Shown: piece by piece, positions 54,901 to 64,000 of the stretch
Layout: each line of letters begins with the position of its first letter
Numbering within the stretch: the first letter of the stretch is position 1
Source of the DNA: Camelus dromedarius
Taxonomy: Eukaryota
DNA length: 64,000 nucleotides
NCBI RefSeq assembly: GCF_036321535.1
Contig: NC_087437.1
Span: 122,204,001-122,268,000, forward strand
Direction of reading: 5' to 3'
Position numbers and translations under genes: made by a program
The notes under the pieces: model-generated
Told to the model about the DNA's origin: nothing
The model's input: the letters and a program-made list of their open reading frames with translations, nothing else
Database searches by the model: none

Positions 54901-57900
54901 CCCTAAAAAATACCACAGCTCTGAAAAAAAAACCAGGAAATGGCGAGGAAGAGAAGAGGGAGCAAGTGCTGAGCACGTCCTCTCTCGCCTGCACAGCGGC
55001 AGCCGGGGCACAGGCGGGCCTCGCCCTGCCGCGCTTCAGAGGCCGCGCTTGTTTACAGACTGAAGGTCTGTGGAAACCTGGCATCGAGTTAGTCTATTGG
55101 CACCATCTTTCCAACATTCTTCCAACAACATTTACTTACTTTGTGTCTCCATCACATTTCAGTAAGTCTAGCAATACTTCAAACCCTCCACCAGCACAAA
55201 GATTTCCGCTGGAAGCTCAGATGATGGTTAACGTTCTTTTGCAATAAAGTACTTAAGGTACGTACACTTTTTTTAGACATAATGCTATTGCACACTTAAC
55301 AGACTGCAGTCGAGTGTAAGCATAACTTCCATATGCACTGGGAAACCAAAAAATTCATGTGATTTGTTTTATTGCGATATTTGCTTTATTGAAATGGTCT
55401 GGAACCACACCTACGATATGTCCAATGTGTGCCTGTGATAAGAAAAACTGATAAATCAAATTGATACATTTGGATAAAGGTTTTAAATTAATAAATCAAA
55501 ATAGAGATAAATATATTAAGTAATAAAGGTAATCACCAAAATACCTAAAAATTAGACTAACTCCTCCATAAACCGGAGGGGAGCTACAGCCTCACATGCT
55601 TAAAAACAGGACAAAAGTAATTCCAGACATATCTGCTAAATTAGTCAATACAAAAGGATAAACTCAACTACCAAAAAACAAAAACTTTCAGGGAAATCCA
55701 ATCATGTGCTCATTGTGAGAAACACCCTCAAAACAAAATGACTCAGAGGCCAGGACAACAGGACAGCCAAGGCCTTGCCACACCCAGAGCAGGCCAGGCG
55801 GAGCTGGGACAAAGGAGCCACTTTGTGAATAATCATGGACGCTGAGTGTCATGTCCACAGCCAACCCCCCCCCATGCAGGAGGACGGAGGGGTGCTGGTC
55901 CCCCCAGGAGACACAGGCGCTGTCCTCTCCGCAGAGGTTTTACAAGATGGAACATATCTCAGTTCTCAAAGAAAACCCCAGTAGAGTTCCCCAAATGAAA
56001 GCAGCACAATCTCAACCTCGGGGCCCAGACAACAGAGCAAAGAGGCAGAGGAGGAGGCTCAGACTCAGCCAGGGGTTCCAGGCAGGGCCCCCGCCCCCCC
56101 ACCCTGGCCCAGGGCCCAGCCCAACCCAGCCCAGCCCGACCCTCCCTGGGGCCCAGCCCACCAGCCTGATGCGGTGCTCCTCCTCCAGGAGGAAGAGGTT
56201 CTCCTTCTCGCAGTAGAAGGCGGCCACGTCCAGCAGGGCCTTCAGAGGCACCAGGCCCACCAGTTGCGAGCCCACCACTGGAAGGCTCAGCTCCTGGGGA
56301 GGTTAGAGGTCAGGCCAAGTCAGCACCCAGGGGCTGGGCGTGAGCATGCCCTGGGGGGGACCACAGCCCTGCTCACCTGGGCTTCTCTGCAGGCCTCCTC
56401 GAAGACCATGTGCAACCCCGTGACCTCAAAGTCCAGGAGGTTTGTAGACACCTGAGCCAGGTTCTTCTCATGCAGGTACCAGCCAATGCCCTGCACCTTT
56501 TCCAGGCGTCCTGGCTGCAAAGGACAAGACTTTCCCAACCTGGCCCTGACAGCCTCTCCTGGGCCCCGTTCTGAGAGCCTCCTGCCCAGCTGGCCAGGGG
56601 GCTCCCTTCATCCCCAGATGCCTGGATGAGGCAGGCCTGGCCTGTGCGGTGCTGCCCGGATGGCCAGTGCCAGGCGGCTCTCCCACTGTCTCTGTGGAGC
56701 CAGAGAGGGGCCTGCCCACCACAAGAAACGGAGGCCCCTAAGGGTCAGGGCTCAGCACCGAGATGCCTGCCCCACCCCACATGAGGCGCTGCCTCCAGAC
56801 CAGCACTCCACACAAGCTTGTCCTGTGGGCCCGTCCCTTCCCTCCACCCCACCCCTCACCCCAGAGGCCAGCTCTCAGCCCTCACTCCTCGAGGTGACTC
56901 AGTCCATCCAGGAAGATCTCTGACCTCTGACTTCAACTGAAGCATAAAGAAGGATTTGGGAGATGCTATACATTTGTGTTGTGCTTGCAGACAACTGAGT
57001 CTGCAGATGGAAACTGGGCTCCCGGGGCCTTGGCTGCCTGGCAGGGCCCAGGTCCCCAGGGTGGGAGCTGACAGGTCTGCAGGATGTTACCCTCCACCCC
57101 CTCACCAGGTGTCTCTGTGTCTACCTGCGTCCAACTAGAACCTTCTCCAGGAGTGATGCTCAAACGAAGTGACAGCTGCCCTGGTAGACTGTGGTGTGGA
57201 TTAGGGCACCTGGGGCACTCGGGGGCATCTGAAGGTATATGGGGGCACCTGGGGACACCTGGAGGCACGTGGGGGCACCTGGGACTCAGAAGCAGCTGTC
57301 TCCCTATCCATGAGGAAATACTGCAATATTCTAACAACAGCTGTAGCCCTGCCCACTTCCATGGAAAATGTCCTTTAAAGACAGGCTCCCCACGTGGCCC
57401 AGCCTTGAGCCTCCCTGGCGGGCCCCTCGGGGTTCCACAGGTCCCCCAACCCAACCCCGTGCGCGAGCCGGCTCCGCCCACCTGGTCCTTCCCGCGGCCC
57501 TGCTCCCGGAGGTTGAGTGCGATGCGGTGAGCCTGCTCCCTGGTGCCGAGCAGGTTGATGTTGAACGCGATGAGGAAATTCCGCGCCCCCGTGACGGTGG
57601 CCCCCCAGCTGGGGACAAAGGAGCTGGGCCCGAAGTCGGGTGCCCACTCGGCCTGCTTGAGCTGTGGGGCGGGCCCCCGGGTGAGGGAAGGGGAAGGAGG
57701 GCCCCTGCGCAGAGCCCACCCCCAACCCCCCACCTGGCGGGTCACTGCACCTTCTCAGGGAGGGCCTCGTACTCCCCGGCCCGGATGGCCGGCAGGGACC
57801 GGCGATGGGCCGTCCGCGCCGCCTCGCCGTAGAGGTACACTGCAAGGCGAGCCTGGCTGGTCAGGCCCTCGGCCGGTGGGCGCGCAGAGCCCCCGTCCCC

Positions 57901-60426
57901 GGAGGAGCGACCGGACAGGCCTGCCGCAGCTCCGTTTTGCTGGCGGCGCTCCTACCTCTGCGCCTCGTCGGATGGGCCTGGAGGGTCTCGGACGGGCACT
58001 GTGTGTGGGCGGGACCCTCCACCCCACCCCTACTGTCCCTGCACAGAAGCCCCAGGAAAAGCCGGCACGCGACCACAAGCATTAGGAGTGGATGTGCAGG
58101 GCTGGAGGGAGAGTCGTGTTTCCTTCCAAAATACATTTTCATTGAACGATAAACTTGCCCGTAAATTAAGCTGCACAAAGGAACCCCCCACCGACTCCCA
58201 ACACCCACACAGCGCTGTGACAGACTGCGCCCCGTGTGTCCCTCCCCTAGGCCTGTCCATCCGCCCACATCGCCCAGGTCGCAGGGGCTAGACTGGGCTC
58301 ACGTGTCCGCCCGAGGCCCTGTGTGGGGCCTCGCCTCCATTTGGTTAATTCCCCAAAGTGAAGTCGTTCCGTTAAGGGCAGACTGTTAGGGTTCTCCATC
58401 CGTCAGGCCCAGTCCTTACAGGGCGGCTACTCGGCCCCACGCCCCCGCGCGCGGGAGCAGCACCTCCCTGACGCGGGCCCAGCCTTGCACTTTGTCTCAG
58501 CGTGGGAGAAGAGGGACATATTCCTGTCTGTCAAAAATCTGCTTAATAAGTTTTTTTCCTTACAGTCTGCATTTTGAAGGATCCAAGAGCAGAGGACCTG
58601 AGGCATGGCTGCTGCTGGTGGGAACTGAAGTGAAAGGAGGAGGCCCGGCTGGGGGAGCCCCTGGGACCGGGCACGCTCCAGGGCACTCACCTGGCACGCC
58701 CAGCTCCTCTGCCAGCCGCCGGCCGAAGGCCTGGGCACAGAGCACGCACTCGTCCATGGTGACGCCCCTCACCGGGACGAAGGGGCACACGTCCAGGGCG
58801 CCCATCCGAGGGTGTTCCCCTGCGAGAGAAGAGGGCTGGTAAACGGGAGGTCCCGGTGGGGAACGCGGGGTGGACCCCACCCTCTCTGGCCCCTTCCACG
58901 CGCACACCAGCCGTCCACTCAGACCACAGGAGCGCAGGAAGAAGCAGGTACTCCGGCTAATCCGGCATCTCTGTAGGGAGCCCCATCCTCTCCTAAAAGG
59001 GGTAACTCCAAGCTCTCAGAAAGTCTCCGCCTCCTTCTCAAACCCAAGACTCGCCATGGGGCAGACGGAGCTGCCAGCTTTGGATCAGCAGCACCCCCTC
59101 CCCGAGAGAAGGCGGCCCCCATGTCCCCCTCCCCTCAGGCGGCTCCTCTGCTTGAGATAAGCCTCCATCTCTCTTCACCAATGGGATCACTTGTGCATTC
59201 CCTCCCCCACTGTGAGCGGCCAGAGACCCTGTCCTTTTGACCAGCTCCCTGGGTGTCCACCCACCTTTGACCCTGCTGCCCAGGAAATGTGTTTGATTTG
59301 TGGGCTGTTGACAGGTTGGGGAGCGTCCTCTCCCAGAGCCTGCTCAGAGCACAAGAGCCTCACTGCTGGTCACACCTGGGCCCCCAAAACGTGGATGGGG
59401 CCCAAGGGGCATCGGGCTGGCCTGTCGGTACCATGCCGCCCGCAAGCCCTGTGGGCAAGGCCGGCCACCGGTGCTCGGCCCCTCACCTCTGTGCCTGCTC
59501 ATGTCGATGAGCTGAGAGGCGGCCCGGGCAGCATTGAGGGCCCCCTCCACCACGTCCTCGGGGCGCCCCACAAATGTGTAGACAGTGCGGTTGGTGGAGG
59601 GGCCAGCGTCCACGTCCAGCAGCGTGCAGCCCGGGGTCTGTGCCACAGCTCGGGAGATGGCCTCAATCACCTGGGGACAAAAGCCACTCTGTGCTTCGGT
59701 CTCCCCGTGGGGGACGGAGCAGGGACTGGGGGGCCATGCCTGTCCTGCCCCGACCCAGACACGGGCATGGAGCTGGTGCCAAGCATCTGGCAACTCCCCA
59801 GAGCAGGAGCCCCAGGGAGGAGGAACGAGCAGCTCCCTGCAGGACACATGGAGGCAGGAGCCTGGGCAGAGGGGCTGCCTGGGCCCTAAGAAGGTGATCT
59901 ATAGGACAGGGTCACAGAGGGTCAGGGCCCCAGCCCCCAGGTGGCCTGCACGGGAGGAGGTGCATGAAAGGTCCGGAACCTTCTGAGGCAGCAGGAAGGC
60001 CTACCCAGCTCTCTGTGCCTCAGTTTCCTGTAGGTCACATCAAGATAACAGCAGTGCCCGCCGTGTAAGGTGTGGGGAGGGGAGGCCACGCCCCACAGAG
60101 ACCTTCACCCACCTGGTGGGTCGGCTGGAGGGGTCTCCTTTTCACACGAGAGGCCGAGTGATCTGCCCAGACCCCACGCCCAGATCCAGGCCAGGACCCC
60201 TGCCTGGCTGCTCACCCCACGCCACATCCTCACAGCCCGCTGGTCACGTCCAAGCCCCCATCCTCATAGGGCACGTCCCTTTTGGAGAAAATTATCCCTA
60301 AGCCCCACACCAAGCACAACCGTCTCCTGTGTGAGCCCCTGTGCTGCCCCCAGCCACGCCCAGTCCCCTCACCTCCTGGTTGTTCCCCTCCGAGAAGTTG
60401 GGGACACATTCCACCAGCTGGGACAT
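45666..60426 (-). CDS. FTCD: Formimidoyltransferase-cyclodeaminase (14 exons, 541 aa)
   Basis: Exons on the minus strand: 60373-60426, 59487-59670, 58691-58819, 57751-57839, 57482-57661, 56377-56514, 56162-56293, 52273-52334, 51779-51908, 51530-51691, 48329-48372, 47975-48113, 46705-46800, 45666-45752. Sum is 1626 nt, all GT-AG. Protein runs [14 protein letters not shown]...[14 protein letters not shown]...APGGGSVA...LDRLEARQE*. Catalytic H82 and D412 are present by my count. Confidence 0.98.
46175..46345 (+). mobile_element. L1M 3' UTR fragment (FTCD intron 13)
   Basis: ggtggtggcttcacaacaccatgaatgtgcttaatgccactgaattgtac...ctgtgaattttactctaat. Confidence 0.7.
52273..60426 (-). CDS. FTCD: FTCD exons 1-8 (formiminotransferase domain)
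   Basis: Motifs [82 protein letters not shown]. Confidence 0.96.
53621..53744 (+). mobile_element. tRNA-derived SINE (Vic-1-like)
   Basis: ggagaaggtacagcgcagtggtagagcgcgtgctcagcaagcatgaggtcctgggttcagtccccagcacctcc, then (TAAA)n and ctaattatcccctcccccc plus an A tail. Confidence 0.85.
53900..54550 (+). mobile_element. Old L1M 3' region fragment
   Basis: ttgaatttcctgattttga...gtaagagaacgtccttgatcttaagaaatacaccctgaa...caaatggggcaaaatg. Confidence 0.65.
55011..55435 (+). mobile_element. Internally deleted Tigger1-type DNA transposon
   Basis: CAGGC...GCCTG termini; tgaaggtctgtggaaacc...ctattggcaccatctttccaaca; agacataatgctattgcacactta...tgcactgggaaaccaaaaaattc...ggtctggaacc. Confidence 0.85.
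57203..57285. repeat. Degenerate ~10-bp GGGGCACCTG tandem repeat
   Basis: gggcacctggggcactcgggggcatctg...gggggcacctggggacacctggaggcacgtgggggcacctggg. Confidence 0.75.
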
Positions 60427-60499
60427 GGTCCAGGCCTTGATCCGTTGCTCCTGTCACAGGGCAGAGGCGGGAAGGAGGGACGATGAGCTCCGGCGCTGG

Positions 60500-60560
60500 C
60501 AGGACATTTATGCACCGGGCGGGGCCCTCCCCTGGGCAGGCTTCTCATTAACCACCAGTC
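60500..60560 (-). promoter_or_regulatory. FTCD: FTCD proximal promoter: TATA-like CATAAAT and HNF1-like GGTTAATGAGAAG
   Basis: Minus-strand CATAAAT at 60506-60512 (~80 nt 5' of ATG) and a GTTAAT half-site at 60541-60553, consistent with a liver/kidney-expressed gene. Confidence 0.5.
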
Positions 60561-61731
60561 ATGCGAGGAGGGCTGTGGCACCTGTGCAAACTCAGAGCCG
60601 ACCAGGGGTGGCCAGGCGTGGCGGGGGTGAGGGGCAGAACTGGGACCCCTGTGGGGCTGCCAACGGAGGAGGAGGATGGACGTTTCCGCCCAGGTTGGGG
60701 TGGGCTCCCCTGAAAGCAGGACGTGTGACCTGGACCTGAGGGGGAGGCCCTCATGAGCCATGGCCTCAGGTCAGCCCGGGCTCCAGTCCCAGCTAGTGAC
60801 CCCCTGTGTGGCCCTCCAAGTGGCCTCTGGCCTGTTTCTTCCGGTGACAGCTGGAGCTGCAGGGCTGCAGGGGGACCGTGTGAGAGGCCCAGCCCTGGGC
60901 CCTCCCCTCAGCGGAAGTCAGCTCCCCTGGTCAGGAGGGAGAGCACGCGGGTGAGCGTGAGGGCGGGTGTGAAGGCGCTGCCCGTGGGGCAGGCACACAG
61001 GGCCCAGCTCTCCGGGCTGCTGCTCCCTGCAGCCAGGGGACCCCCACAGGGGGCGACACACCCCCAGTTAGCAGCCCAGGGCCCTCGGTTCAGGGGGCCG
61101 CTCAGGCCGATGCTGCTTGAAACCCTCAGTGATTTTCGAACGTGGATATCTCTGTCCCGCAAAGGCCCACCGATCACGCAGTCATGCTGGCAGCACGTGG
61201 ACCCCCGCAACCCCCCATCCCATCTGCGGTCTCCCGGAAGCAGGCGTCCCACACAGACCTTGAGCGACCAGCATCTGAAGGTACTTCCCTCCTCAGCAGT
61301 CACCATGGGGCCAGTCGAGGAGATGCCCAGATCTCTCAGACCCTCAGCCTTCTGGGCTTCAGGAAGCCCCACCTCCAGCAGCTGCTTACGGGGACTGGAA
61401 GAGGGAGGAGCGGCTCGGTGAGCCGACACCCCCGGAGGCCAGGGACAGGCCGGCCCTCTCCCGCCGCGGCTCTCCCTGGTGAACGCGGGTGAGTGTGGGT
61501 GACGGCCGTACTGCCTCCTACTGCGGGTCCCAGCAGCACCTGGCTCCCCGCAAAGGCTCAACCAGCGCAGCTCTCCAAACCCAGGCTCCGACACGATGCC
61601 AGTCCCTCCCACACACCCGCAGCCCCAGGGTGGGGTGGAGGTGCCTGCCAGATGGCCTTGCCCCCAGCAGAGGCCCCAGGTGGTGGGCAGCCTCAGCCAG
61701 GGTAGGCCTGACAGCTGGGAGGGGTGAGGTC

Positions 61732-62095
61732 TGTTTGGGCTGAATTGTGATCCCCCCAGTTTGTGTGTCGAAGCCCTGATCCTGTGTGACCGTGTGGACA
61801 CAGGGTCTTCACAGAGGTAGTTGGGTTAAAACGTGGTCCCTAGGGTGGTCCCTAAGCCAATAGGACTGGCGTCCTTGTGAGATGGAGATCAGGACACGGA
61901 CACACACAGAGGGATGGCCACATGGGGACACAGGGAGGAGACGGCCGTCTACACGCCAAGGAGGGAGGCCTCAGGAGGAACCAGCCCTGTGGCACCCTGA
62001 TCTTGGATTCCAGCCTGCAGACTGTGAGAAAATGAGTTTCTGTTAAGCTGCCCCGTCTGTGGTATTTGTCACAGCACCCAAGCTGACAGACAGAG
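61732..62095 (+). mobile_element. MLT1A/B-like LTR upstream of FTCD
   Basis: tgtttgggctgaattgtg...gggtcttcacagaggta...ggactggcgtccttgtgaga...gagggaggcctcaggaggaaccagccctg...ctgtggtatttgtcacagc. Confidence 0.8.
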
Positions 62096-62693
62096 GCCTG
62101 AGGAGCTGGGGCTTCTGGGACCAACACCCCAGGCTGTGAGGACCAAGGGACAGGTCACCCCAGCACCCGCATATGCACAGCAGAGGAGGAGCCAGAGCCC
62201 CTCCACTCGAAGCCCAACCCTGAAGGTGTCCTGACTGTGGGGCCCGGGGGGCAACTGCCCTCTCCAGGCCTCAGGAGAGATGGGCCAGGGGCTCTGTGCT
62301 TCCTTCAGAGACGGTTCTGGGCCAGGGCTTGCCCACGACTGGGGGCACAGACGCAGGGACGGGACCCAGCATGATGCTGGGGCCAGCTGTTGGGGGTGAT
62401 TTTGAGGCGCTGACACTCTGGCAGGTGTTATAAATATCTCCTTGATGAGGCGGCCCTGGAATGCCCCGCTGTTTACAGGGAAAAGCCATCTCACCAGTGC
62501 CCAGATGCTGGCTTCTATTACCATCCTCCAGCCGCAGGGACCAGGGCCCTAGGCCCCAGGTCCCAGAGCCAGGCGGGAAGCAGGCTCCAAGAGCCATTCG
62601 CACACGTCGTGAGGGCCCCCCACCCCGGGGTCCTGCCTCCTGAATCGCCTCCCAGGTAAGCCGCCTCCCGGGCCAGCCTCACCAGCAGTACCC

Positions 62694-62745
62694 GCACAGT
62701 GGGGGCCACGCACAGTGGGGGCCACGCACAGTGGGGGCCCCGCAC
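62694..62745. repeat. 16-bp tandem repeat GCACAGTGGGGGCCAC x3
   Basis: gcacagtgggggccac gcacagtgggggccac gcacagtgggggcccc gcac. Confidence 0.85.
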
Positions 62746-63186
62746 TTGGTTTCAGGCTCTGTTGCCCCAGCCTTGAAATTCCCAACTTTTGAACAGGGGG
62801 CTGTGCTTCCGTTTTGCCCACAGCCCTGCTCTGAATCCTGGCCTCCGGCTCTGCCTCCGGGGAAACCCAAACCCGGACAGGACCTGCTGGCCCCTTGGGA
62901 AGAGGGACGAGACCCCAGGAGAAGGTGCAGGCCCTGGGGTTGGGGGCCTCGTTCCAACCCCCCCTGGGGCGCCTCCGCCCTCAAAGAGCAGCGGTAGAGG
63001 AGCAGAAGCAAACAGACGACTTTAATAGAGTGTGACTCCCCGCGCAGGTGTGGGCGGCGGCCTGGGCGCCTCGGCGGCGGCCCGGCCGGTGGGCATCGGC
63101 GCGGGGCCGCCCTCCAGGCCCCGGCGCCCCCGGCGCGCCCTCCCGCGGAGCGGACGAGGAGCGCGGCGCCCGGGTTGGAACACGCG

Positions 63187-63192
63187 TTTATT
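63187..63192 (-). terminator. SPATC1L: SPATC1L poly(A) signal AATAAA
   Basis: Plus-strand TTTATT 21 nt beyond the stop codon; a second ATTAAA lies at 63021-63026. Confidence 0.75.
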
Positions 63193-63213
63193 CAGGGAGG
63201 CCGGGGCGCGGGT

Positions 63214-63540
63214 TCACCAGGCGAAGAGCGGGCGGCTGTCCTCCTTGGAGAGCTCGCACAGGCAGTTGAGCAGCAGCAGCGAGTCGCCCAGGAACTTGGG
63301 TGGCACCACGTCGATGACCAGCTTGCGCAGGGCAGCCGGGCTGCTGTGCAGCGGGTCGGCGCGCAGGTCGGGCCGCTGCTTCAGGATGCCGTAGGTGTTG
63401 ATGAGGAACTCGCTGAAGGCCGGGTGCACGTCGCGGCTGTAGCCCAGCCTCTCCAGGCGCGCCGTCAGCGTCAGGTAGCGGTGCGTCAGCTCCCGCAGCT
63501 TCTTCTCATCCACCGAGCCGTCCAGGGACTTGATGGACGT
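63214..63540 (-). CDS. SPATC1L: Speriolin-like protein, last coding exon (gene continues beyond window)
   Basis: Acceptor ccccag|ACG; encodes [23 protein letters not shown]...[18 protein letters not shown]...[21 protein letters not shown], the speriolin C-terminal domain; syntenic position next to FTCD. Confidence 0.93.
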   Translation of the reverse strand, partial: TSIKSLDGSVDEKKLRELTHRYLTLTARLERLGYSRDVHPAFSEFLINTYGILKQRPDLRADPLHSSPAALRKLVIDVVPPKFLGDSLLLLNCLCELSKEDSRPLFAW

Positions 63541-64000
63541 CTGGGGGCACACAGACGGTGGTGGGCGGCGCCCCGCGACCCCACCAGGAAGGGGCCAGGG
63601 CGGGGACAGGGGGCCAGGGCGGGGACAGGGACCCAGCTTCCGTGAGCAAAGCCTGTAGATGGGAAACTGAAGCCAGGAGCCAGGCCGCCATCCCAATGGA
63701 GACGGCCTCGCCCTCCAGGAGACCCCACCTCCGACATGGCAGGGGTCTCCACCCTCGCTGGGAGAGGGCAGCTTGCCAGGCAGAGCTGAGCCTCAAGGGC
63801 TCCGTGGCCCCAGAGCCATTCCTGAGACTGTCCCAGGCCACCAAAGGACAGGGCAGAAGCAGAGGTCCTCACAGCCCGCTCATTGCCTCCCCTGGCATGT
63901 GTGCCTCAGACACCACTCAGCCTCAACCAGGCCTGCAGGCGTATAGGCATCACAGGTCACAGGGCAGGAAGGGTATCCCCGGGCAGGGAGAGGACCCCGG

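Larger units (their letters stand above)
63030..63600. promoter_or_regulatory. CpG island over the SPATC1L 3' end
   Basis: Dense CpG and GC boxes extending ~150 nt past the proximal poly(A) signal toward FTCD. Confidence 0.6.

Noticed and set aside
62694..62745. Short direct-repeat arrays as possible CRISPR-like structures
   Set aside because: Head-to-tail repeats without unique spacers in a mammalian genome, with no cas genes.

Overview
GC-rich mammalian genomic DNA, probably camelid: it carries three copies of a tRNA-derived SINE resembling Vic-1. The window holds the conserved COL6A2-FTCD-SPATC1L block (orthologous to human 21q22.3). (1) COL6A2 (+) is complete: CpG-island promoter and non-coding exon 1 near 14.1-14.2 kb, 27 coding exons from 25388 to 42164 (3057 nt, 1018 aa), and an intact alternative terminal exon (C2a, 39317-39612). 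(2) FTCD (-) is complete and convergent with COL6A2: 14 exons from 60426 to 45666 (1626 nt, 541 aa). (3) The last coding exon of SPATC1L (-) spans 63540-63214. The rest is old L1, MLT1, MIR and Tigger1 debris, minisatellites and ~13.5 kb of unannotated upstream sequence. Most ORF-track entries are GC-rich chance or shadow ORFs. I found no clearly novel biological system. The best leads are splicing and translation oddities (two GC-AG introns, an in-frame upstream ATG, a tandemly duplicated FTCD acceptor), the conserved C2a exon, FTCD charge changes, local GC-skewed substitution in repeats and a speculative decayed gene upstream of COL6A2. Comparisons with human genes and repeat consensus sequences are from memory, not from alignments.
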